64,000 nt of DNA from Eledone cirrhosa. Its lineage: Eukaryota. Numbering within the stretch: the first letter of the stretch is position 1; each line of letters begins with the position of its first letter. Where the stretch lies: positions 434,001 to 498,000 of the forward strand of contig CAXHJY010000184.1 in NCBI GenBank assembly GCA_964016885.1. Direction: 5' to 3'. Below, one piece after another: positions 1 through 15,000 of this stretch. A program made the position numbers and the translations under genes. The notes beneath the pieces were generated by a model, which did not search any database, was not told the origin of the DNA, and saw nothing but the letters and a program-made list of their open reading frames with translations.

Positions 1-3000
1 TTTGCTTACCACCCAATTTGACATAAAAGGTGCTCGCAAATTACTATTTTATGAACATATTATCAATGGTTATGACATGGAAACCTGATGAAAATGACTA
101 GTTTTGTAGAAAAAAGAGGGAGGATGTTGGTGGAAATACCATTTAAAAAGCTAGTCATTTTTTATTGCAGTGGAAGTCATATTTTTTGTTAATATGCTAA
201 AAGCATAGTCCACTGCGAGCTTCTTGGAAGTTGATAACGCATGCAAAAATGAATGAAAAATTTTTTTTTCTAACATAAATCAAAGTGGAAATTTAAATCC
301 TCACTTATAACAAAGCACACCACAGCACATTAATCTACCTCAATCCACACCATAACCATACTTCACTATATGGTAATTTATTACAGAAGACATACTCCTA
401 CCATTTACATCACTTGGACATTAACGTGACAAATTTGCTACTTGCGTTTTTTTTCTTTTTGTGGTTACCACCTCAAACTAACATCAAAGGTGCTTGCAAA
501 TGACTATTTTCCCACACATTATCAATGAATATGACATGGGAATCTATCGTTTACAATTGGTTTCCATTTCATAAGTTCACCAAACCAAACCACACCATAC
601 CAAGTTACACCATACTACATCGCACCAAGCTATTGATCTTGGTGTGAAAAATTTTTTTCCTGTTTCCTTTTTTTTTTTTGTGTGTGTGCTTACCACCCAA
701 TCTGACATTAAAGGTGCTCCCAATTGACTATTTTTTTTTCCACTTATCAATAATTATGACATGGAAACCTGTAGAAACTTCACCAAACCACACCATACTA
801 CATCACACCAAGATATTGATTTTGCTGTGACAAATTTTCATCTGGCATTTTTTTTTTTTTTTTTTTGCTTACCACCCAATTTGACATAAAAGTTGCTCGC
901 AAATTACTATTTTATGAACATATTATCAATGGTTATGACATGGAAACCTGATGAAAATGACTAGCTTTGTAGAAAAAAGAGGGAGGATGTGGGTGGAAAT
1001 ACCATTTACAAAGCTAGTCATTTTTTATTGCAGTGGAAGTCATATTTTTTGTTAATATGCTAAAAGCATAGTCCACTGCGAGCTTCTTGGAAGTTGATAA
1101 CGCATGCAAAAATGAATGAAAAATTTTTTTTTCTAACATAAATCAAAGTGGAAATTTAAATCCTCACTTGTAACAAAGCACACCACAGCACATTAATCTA
1201 CCTCAATCCACACCATAACCATACTTCACTATATGGTAATTTATTACAGAACACATACTCCTACCATTTACATCACATGGACATTAATGTGACAAATTTG
1301 CTACTTGCATTTCTTTTTTTTTTTTGTGGTTACCACCTCAAACTAACATCAAAGGTGCTTGCAAATGACTATTTTCCCACACATTATCAATGAATATGAC
1401 ATGGGAATCTATCGTTTACAATTGGTTTCTATTTCATAACTTCACCAAACCAAACCACACCATACCAAGTTACACCATACTACATCACACCAAGCTATTG
1501 ATCTTGGTGTGAAAAATTTTCTTTCCATTTCCTTTTTTTTTTTGTGTGTGTGCTTACCACCCAATCTGACATTAAAGGTGCTCCGAATTGACTATTTTTT
1601 TTTCCACTTATCAATAAATATGACATGGAAACCTGTCGAAAATGACTGTCTTTGTAGAAACTTCACCAAATCACACCAAGATATTGATTTTGGTGTGACA
1701 AATTTTCATCTGGCATTTTTTTTTTTTTTTTTGCTTACCACCCAATTTGACATAAAAGGTGCTCGCAAATTACTATTTTATGAACATATTATCAATGGTT
1801 ATGACATGGAAACCTGATGAAAATGACTAGTTTTGTAGAAAAAAGAGGGAGGATGTTGGTGGAAATACCATTTAAAAAGCTAGTCATTTTTTATTGCAGT
1901 GGAAGTCATATTTTTTGTTAATATGCTAAAAGCATAGTCCACTGCGAGCTTCTTGGAAGTTGATAACGCATGCAAAAATGAATGAAAAATTTTTTTTTCT
2001 AACATAAATCAAAGTGGAAATTTAAATCCTCACTTATAACAAAGCACACCACAGCACATTAATCTACCTCAATCCACACCATAACCATACTTCACTATAT
2101 GGTAATTTATTACAGAAGACATACTCCTACCATTTACATCACTTGGACATTAACGTGACAAATTTGCTACTTGCGTTTTTTTTCTTTTTGTGGTTACCAC
2201 CTCAAACTAACATCAAAGGTGCTTGCAAATGACTATTTTCCCACACATTATCAATGAATATGACATGGGAATCTATCGTTTACAATTGGTTTCCATTTCA
2301 TAACTTCACCAAACCAAACCACACCATACCAAGTTACACCATACTACATCGCACCAAGCTATTGATCTTGGTGTGAAAAATTTTTTTCCTGTTTCCTTTT
2401 TTTTTTTTGTGTGTGTGCTTACCACCCAATCTGACATTAAAGGTGCTCCCAATTGACTATTTTTTTTTCCACTTATCAATAATTATGACATGGAAACCTG
2501 TAGAAACTTCACCAAACCACACCATACTACATCACACCAAGATATTGATTTTGCTGTGACAAATTTTCATCTGGCATTTTTTTTTTTTTTTTTTTGCTTA
2601 CCACCCAATTTGACATAAAAGTTGCTCGCAAATTACTATTTTATGAACATATTATCAATGGTTATGACATGGAAACCTGATGAAAATGACTAGCTTTGTA
2701 GAAAAAAGAGGGAGGATGTGTGTGGAAATACCATTTACAAAGCTAGTCATTTTTTATTGCAGTGGAAGTCATATTTTTTGTTAATATGCTAAAAGCATAG
2801 TCCACTGCGAGCTTCTTGGAAGTTGATAACGCATGCAAAAATGAATGAAAAATTTTTTTTTCTAACATAAATCAAAGTGGAAATTTAAATCCTCACTTGT
2901 AACAAAGCACACCACAGCACATTAATCTACCTCAATCCACACCATAACCATACTTCACTATATGGTAATTTATTACAGAACACATACTCCTACCATTTAC

Positions 3001-6000
3001 ATCACATGGACATTAATGTGACAAATTTGCTACTTGCATTTCTTTTTTTTTTTTGTGGTTACCACCTCAAACTAACATCAAAGGTGCTTGCAAATGACTA
3101 TTTTCCCACACATTATCAATGAATATGACATGGGAATCTATCGTTTACAATTGGTTTCTATTTCATAAGTTCACCAAACCAAACCACACCATACCAAGTT
3201 ACACCATACTACATCACACCAAGCTATTGATCTTGGTGTGAAAAATTTTCTTTCCATTTCCTTTTTTTTTTGTGTGTGTGCTTACCACCCAATCTGACAT
3301 TAAAGGTGCTCCGAATTGACTATTTTTTTTTCCACTTATCAATAAATATGACATGGAAACCTGTCGAAAATGACTATCTTTGTAGAAACTTCACCAAATC
3401 ACACCAAGATATTGATTTTGGTGTGACAAATTTTCATCTGGCATTTTTTTTTTTTTTTTTGCTTACCACCCAATTTGACATAAAAGGTGCTCGCAAATTA
3501 CTATTTTATGAACATATTATCAATGGTTATGACATGGAAACCTGATGAAAATGACTAGTTTTGTAGAAAAAAGAGGGAGGATGTTGGTGGAAATACCATT
3601 TAAAAAGCTAGTCATTTTTTATTGCAGTGGAAGTCATATTTTTTGTTAATATGCTAAAAGCATAGTCCACTGCGAGCTTCTTGGAAGTTGATAACGCATG
3701 CAAAAATGAATGAAAAATTTTTTTTTCTAACATGAATCAAAGTGGAAATTTAAATCCTCACTTATAACAAAGCACACCACAGCACATTAATCTACCTCAA
3801 TCCTCACCATAACCATACTTCACTATATGGTAATTTATTACAGAACACATACTCCTACCATTTACATCACTTGGACATTAACGTGACAAATTTGCTACTT
3901 GCTTTTTTTTTCTTTTTGTGGTTACCACCTCAAACTAACATCAAAGGTGCTTGCAAATGACTATTTTCCCACACATTATCAATGAATATGACATGGGAAT
4001 CTATCGTTTACAATTGGTTTCCATTTCATAACTTCACCAAACCACACCATACCAAGTTACACCATACTACATCGCACCAAGCTATTGATCTTGGTGTGAA
4101 AAATGTTTTTCCTGTTTCCTTTTTTTTTTTTGTGTGTGTGCTTACCACCCAATCTGACATTAAAGGTGCTCCCAATTGACTATTTTTTTTTCCACTTATC
4201 AATAATTATGACATGGAAACCTGTAGAAACTTCACCAAACCACACCATACTACATCACACCAAGATATTGATTTTGCTGTGACAAATTTTCATCTGGCAT
4301 TTTTTTTTTTTTTTTTTTGCTTACCACCCAATTTGACATAAAAGTTGCTCGCAAATTACTATTTTATGAACATATTATCAATGGTTATGACATGGAAACC
4401 TGATGAAAATGACTAGCTTTGTAGAAAAAAGAGGGAGGATGTGGGTGGAAATACCATTTACAAAGCTAGTCATTTTTTATTGCAGTGGAAGTCATATTCT
4501 TTGTTAATATGCTAAAAGCATAGTCCACTGCGAGCTTCTTGGAAGTTGATAACGCATGCAAAAATGAATGAAAAATTTTTTTTTCTAACATAAATCAAAG
4601 TGGAAATTTAAATCCTCACTTGTAACAAAGCACACCACAGCACATTAATCTACCTCAATCCACACCATAACCATACTTCACTATATGGTAATTTATTACA
4701 GAACACATACTCCTACCATTTACATCACATGGACATTAATGTGACAAATTTGCTACTTGCATTTCTTTTTTTTTTTTGTGGTTACCACCTCAAACTAACA
4801 TCAAAGGTGCTTGCAAATGACTATTTTCCCACACATTATCAATGAATATGACATGGGAATCTATCGTTTACAATTGGTTTCTATTTCATAACTTCACCAA
4901 ACCAAACCACACCATACCAAGTTACACCATACTACATCACACCAAGCTATTGATCTTGGTGTGAAAAATTTTCTTTCCATTTCCTTTTTTTTTTTGTGTG
5001 TGTGCTTACCACCCAATCTGACATTAAAGGTGCTCCGAATTGACTATTTTTTTTTCCACTTATCAATAAATATGACATGGAAACCTGTCGAAAATGACTA
5101 TCTTTGTAGAAACTTCACCAAATCACACCAAGATATTGATTTTGGTGTGACAAATTTTCATCTGGCATTTTTTTTTTTTTTTTTGCTTACCACCCAATTT
5201 GACATAAAAGGTGCTCGCAAATTACTATTTTATGAACATATTATCAATGGTTATGACATGGAAACCTGATGAAAATGACTAGTTTTGTAGAAAAAAGAGG
5301 GAGGATGTTGGTGGAAATACCATTTAAAAAGCTAGTCATTTTTTATTGCAGTGGAAGTCATATTTTTTGTTAATATGCTAAAAGCATAGTCCACTGCGAG
5401 CTTCTTGGAAGTTGATAACGCATGCAAAAATGAATGAAAAATTTTTTTTTCTAACATAAATCAAAGTGGAAATTTAAATCCTCACTTATAACAAAGCACA
5501 CCACAGCACATTAATCTACCTCAATCCACACCATAACCATACTTCACTATATGGTAATTTATTACAGAAGACATACTCCTACCATTTACATCACTTGGAC
5601 ATTAACGTGACAAATTTGCTACTTGCGTTTTTTTTCTTTTTGTGGTTACCACCTCAAACTAACATCAAAGGTGCTTGCAAATGACTATTTTCCCACACAT
5701 TATCAATGAATATGACATGGGAATCTATCGTTTACAATTGGTTTCCATTTCATAACTTCACCAAACCAAACCACACCATACCAAGTTACACCATACTACA
5801 TCGCACCAAGCTATTGATCTTGGTGTGAAAAATTTTTTTCCTGTTTCCTTTTTTTTTTTTGTGTGTGTGCTTACCACCCAATCTGACATTAAAGGTGCTC
5901 CCAATTGACTATTTTTTTTTCCACTTATCAATAATTATGACATGGAAACCTGTAGAAACTTCACCAAACCACACCATACTACATCACACCAAGATATTGA

Positions 6001-9000
6001 TTTTGCTGTGACAAATTTTCATCTGGCATTTTTTTTTTTTTTTTTTTGCTTACCACCCAATTTGACATAAAAGTTGCTCGCAAATTACTATTTTATGAAC
6101 ATATTATCAATGGTTATGACATGGAAACCTGATGAAAATGACTAGCTTTGTAGAAAAAAGAGGGAGGATGTGTGTGGAAATACCATTTACAAAGCTAGTC
6201 ATTTTTTATTGCAGTGGAAGTCATATTTTTTGTTAATATGCTAAAAGCATAGTCCACTGCGAGCTTCTTGGAAGTTGATAATGCATGCAAAAATGAATGA
6301 AAAATTTTTTTTTCTAACATAAATCAAAGTGGAAATTTAAATCCTCACTTGTAACAAAGCACACCACAGCACATTAATCTACCTCAATCCACACCATAAC
6401 CATACTTCACTATATGGTAATTTATTACAGAACACATACTCCTACCATTTACATCACATGGACATTAATGTGACAAATTTGCTACTTGCATTTCTTTTTT
6501 TTTTTTGTGGTTACCACCTCAAACTAACATCAAAGGTGCTTGCAAATGACTATTTTCCCACACATTATCAATGAATATGACATGGGAATCTATCGTTTAC
6601 AATTGGTTTCTATTTCATAAGTTCACCAAACCAAACCACACCATACCAAGTTACACCATACTACATCACACCAAGCTATTGATCTTGGTGTGAAAAATTT
6701 TCTTTCCATTTCCTTTTTTTTTTGTGTGTGTGCTTACCACCCAATCTGACATTAAAGGTGCTCCGAATTGACTATTTTTTTTTCCACTTATCAATAAATA
6801 TGACATGGAAACCTGTCGAAAATGACTATCTTTGTAGAAACTTCACCAAATCACACCAAGATATTGATTTTGGTGTGACAAATTTTCATCTGGCATTTTT
6901 TTTTTTTTTTTTGCTTACCACCCAATTTGACATAAAAGGTGCTCGCAAATTACTATTTTATGAACATATTATCAATGGTTATGACATGGAAACCTGATGA
7001 AAATGACTAGTTTTGTAGAAAAAAAAGGGAGGATGTTGGTGGAAATACCATTTAAAAAGCTAGTCATTTTTTATTGCAGTGGAAGTCATATTTTTTGTTA
7101 ATATGCTAAAAGCATAGTCCACTGCGAGCTTCTTGGAAGTTGATAACGCATGCAAAAATGAATGAAAAATTTTTTTTTCTAACATAAATCAAAGTGGAAA
7201 TTTAAATCCTCACTTATAACAAAGCACACCACAGCACATTAATCTACCTCAATCCACACCATAACCATACTTCACTATATGGTAATTTATTACAGAAGAC
7301 ATACTCCTACCATTTACATCACTTGGACATTAACGTGACAAATTTGCTACTTGCGTTTTTTTTCTTTTTGTGGTTACCACCTCAAACTAACATCAAAGGT
7401 GCTTGCAAATGACTATTTTCCCACACATTATCAATGAATATGACATGGGAATCTATCGTTTACAATTGGTTTCCATTTCATAACTTCACCAAACCAAACC
7501 ACACCATACCAAGTTACACCATACTACATCGCACCAAGCTATTGATCTTGGTGTGAAAAATTTTTTTCCTGTTTCCTTTTTTTTTTTTGTGTGTGTGCTT
7601 ACCACCCAATCTGACATTAAAGGTGCTCCCAATTGACTATTTTTTTTTCCACTTATCAATAATTATGACATGGAAACCTGTAGAAACTTCACCAAACCAC
7701 ACCATACTACATCACACCAAGATATTGATTTTGCTGTGACAAATTTTCATCTGGCATTTTTTTTTTTTTTTTTTTGCTTACCACCCAATTTGACATAAAA
7801 GTTGCTCGCAAATTACTATTTTATGAACATATTATCAATGGTTATGACATGGAAACCTGATGAAAATGACTAGCTTTGTAGAAAAAAGAGGGAGGATGTG
7901 TGTGGAAATACCATTTACAAAGCTAGTCATTTTTTATTGCAGTGGAAGTCATATTTTTTGTTAATATGCTAAAAGCATAGTCCACTGCGAGCTTCTTGGA
8001 AGTTGATAACGCATGCAAAAATGAATGAAAAATTTTTTTTTCTAACATAAATCAAAGTGGAAATTTAAATCCTCACTTGTAACAAAGCACACCACAGCAC
8101 ATTAATCTACCTCAATCCACACCATAACCATACTTCACTATATGGTAATTTATTACAGAACACATACTCCTACCATTTACATCACATGGACATTAATGTG
8201 ACAAATTTGCTACTTGCATTTCTTTTTTTTTTTTGTGGTTACCACCTCAAACTAACATCAAAGGTGCTTGCAAATGACTATTTTCCCACACATTATCAAT
8301 GAATATGACATGGGAATCTATCGTTTACAATTGGTTTCTATTTCATAAGTTCACCAAACCAAACCACACCATACCAAGTTACACCATACTACATCACACC
8401 AAGCTATTGATCTTGGTGTGAAAAATTTTCTTTCCATTTCCTTTTTTTTTTGTGTGTGTGCTTACCACCCAATCTGACATTAAAGGTGCTCCGAATTGAC
8501 TATTTTTTTTTCCACTTATCAATAAATATGACATGGAAACCTGTCGAAAATGACTATCTTTGTAGAAACTTCACCAAATCACACCAAGATATTGATTTTG
8601 GTGTGACAAATTTTCATCTGGCATTTTTTTTTTTTTTTTTGCTTACCACCCAATTTGACATAAAAGGTGCTCGCAAATTACTATTTTATGAACATATTAT
8701 CAATGGTTATGACATGGAAACCTGATGAAAATGACTAGTTTTGTAGAAAAAAGAGGGAGGATGTTGGTGGAAATACCATTTAAAAAGCTAGTCATTTTTT
8801 ATTGCAGTGGAAGTCATATTTTTTGTTAATATGCTAAAAGCATAGTCCACTGCGAGCTTCTTGGAAGTTGATAACGCATGCAAAAATGAATGAAAAATTT
8901 TTTTTTCTAACATGAATCAAAGTGGAAATTTAAATCCTCACTTATAACAAAGCACACCACAGCACATTAATCTACCTCAATCCTCACCATAACCATACTT

Positions 9001-12000
9001 CACTATATGGTAATTTATTACAGAACACATACTCCTACCATTTACATCACTTGGACATTAACGTGACAAATTTGCTACTTGCTTTTTTTTTCTTTTTGTG
9101 GTTACCACCTCAAACTAACATCAAAGGTGCTTGCAAATGACTATTTTCCCACACATTATCAATGAATATGACATGGGAATCTATCGTTTACAATTGGTTT
9201 CCATTTCATAACTTCACCAAACCACACCATACCAAGTTACACCATACTACATCGCACCAAGCTATTGATCTTGGTGTGAAAAATGTTTTTCCTGTTTCCT
9301 TTTTTTTTTTTGTGTGTGTGCTTACCACCCAATCTGACATTAAAGGTGCTCCCAATTGACTATTTTTTTTTCCACTTATCAATAATTATGACATGGAAAC
9401 CTGTAGAAACTTCACCAAACCACACCATACTACATCACACCAAGATATTGATTTTGCTGTGACAAATTTTCATCTGGCATTTTTTTTTTTTTTTTTTTGC
9501 TTACCACCCAATTTGACATAAAAGTTGCTCGCAAATTACTATTTTATGAACATATTATCAATGGTTATGACATGGAAACCTGATGAAAATGACTAGCTTT
9601 GTAGAAAAAAGAGGGAGGATGTGGGTGGAAATACCATTTACAAAGCTAGTCATTTTTTATTGCAGTGGAAGTCATATTCTTTGTTAATATGCTAAAAGCA
9701 TAGTCCACTGCGAGCTTCTTGGAAGTTGATAACGCATGCAAAAATGAATGAAAAATTTTTTTTTCTAACATAAATCAAAGTGGAAATTTAAATCCTCACT
9801 TGTAACAAAGCACACCACAGCACATTAATCTACCTCAATCCACACCATAACCATACTTCACTATATGGTAATTTATTACAGAACACATACTCCTACCATT
9901 TACATCACATGGACATTAATGTGACAAATTTGCTACTTGCATTTCTTTTTTTTTTTTGTGGTTACCACCTCAAACTAACATCAAAGGTGCTTGCAAATGA
10001 CTATTTTCCCACACATTATCAATGAATATGACATGGGAATCTATCGTTTACAATTGGTTTCTATTTCATAACTTCACCAAACCAAACCACACCATACCAA
10101 GTTACACCATACTACATCACACCAAGCTATTGATCTTGGTGTGAAAAATTTTCTTTCCATTTCCTTTTTTTTTTTGTGTGTGTGCTTACCACCCAATCTG
10201 ACATTAAAGGTGCTCCGAATTGACTATTTTTTTTTCCACTTATCAATAAATATGACATGGAAACCTGTCGAAAATGACTATCTTTGTAGAAACTTCACCA
10301 AATCACACCAAGATATTGATTTTGGTGTGACAAATTTTCATCTGGCATTTTTTTTTTTTTTTTTGCTTACCACCCAATTTGACATAAAAGGTGCTCGCAA
10401 ATTACTATTTTATGAACATATTATCAATGGTTATGACATGGAAACCTGATGAAAATGACTAGTTTTGTAGAAAAAAGAGGGAGGATGTTGGTGGAAATAC
10501 CATTTAAAAAGCTAGTCATTTTTTATTGCAGTGGAAGTCATATTTTTTGTTAATATGCTAAAAGCATAGTCCACTGCGAGCTTCTTGGAAGTTGATAACG
10601 CATGCAAAAATGAATGAAAAATTTTTTTTTCTAACATAAATCAAAGTGGAAATTTAAATCCTCACTTATAACAAAGCACACCACAGCACATTAATCTACC
10701 TCAATCCACACCATAACCATACTTCACTATATGGTAATTTATTACAGAAGACATACTCCTACCATTTACATCACTTGGACATTAACGTGACAAATTTGCT
10801 ACTTGCGTTTTTTTTCTTTTTGTGGTTACCACCTCAAACTAACATCAAAGGTGCTTGCAAATGACTATTTTCCCACACATTATCAATGAATATGACATGG
10901 GAATCTATCGTTTACAATTGGTTTCCATTTCATAACTTCACCAAACCAAACCACACCATACCAAGTTACACCATACTACATCGCACCAAGCTATTGATCT
11001 TGGTGTGAAAAATTTTTTTCCTGTTTCCTTTTTTTTTTTTGTGTGTGTGCTTACCACCCAATCTGACATTAAAGGTGCTCCCAATTGACTATTTTTTTTT
11101 CCACTTATCAATAATTATGACATGGAAACCTGTAGAAACTTCACCAAACCACACCATACTACATCACACCAAGATATTGATTTTGCTGTGACAAATTTTC
11201 ATCTGGCATTTTTTTTTTTTTTTTTTTGCTTACCACCCAATTTGACATAAAAGTTGCTCGCAAATTACTATTTTATGAACATATTATCAATGGTTATGAC
11301 ATGGAAACCTGATGAAAATGACTAGCTTTGTAGAAAAAAGAGGGAGGATGTGTGTGGAAATACCATTTACAAAGCTAGTCATTTTTTATTGCAGTGGAAG
11401 TCATATTTTTTGTTAATATGCTAAAAGCATAGTCCACTGCGAGCTTCTTGGAAGTTGATAATGCATGCAAAAATGAATGAAAAATTTTTTTTTCTAACAT
11501 AAATCAAAGTGGAAATTTAAATCCTCACTTGTAACAAAGCACACCACAGCACATTAATCTACCTCAATCCACACCATAACCATACTTCACTATATGGTAA
11601 TTTATTACAGAACACATACTCCTACCATTTACATCACATGGACATTAATGTGACAAATTTGCTACTTGCATTTCTTTTTTTTTTTTGTGGTTACCACCTC
11701 AAACTAACATCAAAGGTGCTTGCAAATGACTATTTTCCCACACATTATCAATGAATATGACATGGGAATCTATCGTTTACAATTGGTTTCTATTTCATAA
11801 GTTCACCAAACCAAACCACACCATACCAAGTTACACCATACTACATCACACCAAGCTATTGATCTTGGTGTGAAAAATTTTCTTTCCATTTCCTTTTTTT
11901 TTTGTGTGTGTGCTTACCACCCAATCTGACATTAAAGGTGCTCCGAATTGACTATTTTTTTTTCCACTTATCAATAAATATGACATGGAAACCTGTCGAA

Positions 12001-15000
12001 AATGACTATCTTTGTAGAAACTTCACCAAATCACACCAAGATATTGATTTTGGTGTGACAAATTTTCATCTGGCATTTTTTTTTTTTTTTTTGCTTACCA
12101 CCCAATTTGACATAAAAGGTGCTCGCAAATTACTATTTTATGAACATATTATCAATGGTTATGACATGGAAACCTGATGAAAATGACTAGTTTTGTAGAA
12201 AAAAAAGGGAGGATGTTGGTGGAAATACCATTTAAAAAGCTAGTCATTTTTTATTGCAGTGGAAGTCATATTTTTTGTTAATATGCTAAAAGCATAGTCC
12301 ACTGCGAGCTTCTTGGAAGTTGATAACGCATGCAAAAATGAATGAAAAATTTTTTTTTCTAACATAAATCAAAGTGGAAATTTAAATCCTCACTTATAAC
12401 AAAGCACACCACAGCACATTAATCTACCTCAATCCACACCATAACCATACTTCACTATATGGTAATTTATTACAGAACACATACTCCTACCATTTACATC
12501 ACATGGACATTAATGTGACAAATTTGCTACTTGCATTTCTTTTTTTTTTTTGTGGTTACCACCTCAAACTAACATCAAAGGTGCTTGCAAATGACTATTT
12601 TCCCACACATTATCAATGAATATGACATGGGAATCTATCGTTTACAATTGGTTTCTATTTCATAAGTTCACCAAACCAAACCACACCATACCAAGTTACA
12701 CCATACTACATCACACCAAGCTATTGATCTTGGTGTGAAAAATTTTCTTTCCATTTCCTTTTTTTTTTGTGTGTGTGCTTACCACCCAATCTGACATTAA
12801 AGGTGCTCCGAATTGACTATTTTTTTTTCCACTTATCAATAAATATGACATGGAAACCTGTCGAAAATGACTATCTTTGTAGAAACTTCACCAAATCACA
12901 CCAAGATATTGATTTTGGTGTGACAAATTTTCATCTGGCATTTTTTTTTTTTTTTGCTTACCACCCAATTTGACATAAAAGGTGCTCGCAAATTACTATT
13001 TTATGAACATATTATCAATGGTTATGACATGGAAACCTGATGAAAATGACTAGTTTTGTAGAAAAAAGAGGGAGGATGTTGGTGGAAATACCATTTAAAA
13101 AGCTAGTCATTTTTTATTGCAGTGGAAGTCATATTTTTTGTTAATATGCTAAAAGCATAGTCCACTGCGAGCTTCTTGGAAGTTGATAACGCATGCAAAA
13201 ATGACTGAAAAATTTTTTTTTCTAACATAAATCAAAGTGGAAATTTAAATCCTCACTTATAACAAAGCACACCACAGCACATTAATCTACCTCAATCCTC
13301 ACCATAACCATACTTCACTATATGGTAATTTATTACAGAAGACATACTCCTACCATTTACTTCACTTGGACATTAACGTGACAAATTTGCTACTTGCGTT
13401 TTTTTTCTTTTTGTGGTTACCACCTCAAACTAACATCAAAGGTGCTTGCAAATGACTATTTTCCCACACATTATCAATGAATATGACATGGGAATCTATC
13501 GTTTACAATTGGTTTCCATTTCATAACTTCACCAAACCAAACCACACCATACCAAGTTACACCATACTACATCGCACCAAGCTATTGATCTTGGTGTGAA
13601 AAATTTTTTTCCTGTTTCCTTTTTTTTTTTTGTGTGTGTGCTTACCACCCAATCTGACATTAAAGGTGCTCCCAATTGACTATTTTTTTTTCCACTTATC
13701 AATAATTATGACATGGAAACCTGTAGAAACTTCACCAAACCACACCATACTACATCACACCAAGATATTGATTTTGCTGTGACAAATTTTCATCTGGCAT
13801 TTTTTTTTTTTTTTTTTTGCTTACCACCCAATTTGACATAAAAGTTGCTCGCAAATTACTATTTTATGAACATATTATCAATGGTTATGACATGGAAACC
13901 TGATGAAAATGACTAGCTTTGTAGAAAAAAGAGGGAGGATGTGGGTGGAAATACCATTTACAAAGCTAGTCATTTTTTATTGCAGTGGAAGTCATATTTT
14001 TTGTTAATATGCTAAAAGCATAGTCCACTGCGAGCTTCTTGGAAGTTGATAACGCATGCAAAAATGAATGAAAAATTTTTTTTTCTAACATAAATCAAAG
14101 TGGAAATTTAAATCCTCACTTATAACAAAGCACACCACAGCACATTAATCTACCTCAATCCACACCATAACCATACTTCACTATATGGTAATTTATTACA
14201 GAACACATACTCCTACCATTTACATCACATGGACATTAATGTGACAAATTTGCTACTTGCATTTCTTTTTTTTTTTTGTGGTTACCACCTCAAACTAACA
14301 TCAAAGGTGCTTGCAAATGACTATTTTCCCACACATTATCAATGAATATGACATGGGAATCTATCGTTTACAATTGGTTTCTATTTCATAAGTTCACCAA
14401 ACCAAACCACACCATACCAAGTTACACCATACTACATCACACCAAGCTATTGATCTTGGTGTGAAAAATTTTCTTTCCATTTCCTTTTTTTTTTGTGTGT
14501 GTGCTTACCACCCAATCTGACATTAAAGGTGCTCCGAATTGACTATTTTTTTTTCCACTTATCAATAAATATGACATGGAAACCTGTCGAAAATGACTAT
14601 CTTTGTAGAAACTTCACCAAATCACACCAAGATATTGATTTTGGTGTGACAAATTTTCATCTGGCATTTTTTTTTTTTTTTGCTTACCACCCAATTTGAC
14701 ATAAAAGGTGCTCGCAAATTACTATTTTATGAACATATTATCAATGGTTATGACATGGAAACCTGATGAAAATGACTAGTTTTGTAGAAAAAAGAGGGAG
14801 GATGTTGGTGGAAATACCATTTAAAAAGCTAGTCATTTTTTATTGCAGTGGAAGTCATATTTTTTGTTAATATGCTAAAAGCATAGTCCACTGCGAGCTT
14901 CTTGGAAGTTGATAACGCATGCAAAAATGAATGAAAAATTTTTTTTTCTAACATAAATCAAAGTGGAAATTTAAATCCTCACTTATAACAAAGCACACCA

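Noticed and set aside
76-140. CTGATGA...GAAA in the 864-bp monomer as a hammerhead core
   Set aside because: No stem II closes directly onto GAAA, and I could not build a stem III/UH/stem I. CTGATGA is also not conserved in the other subunits or the edge copy.
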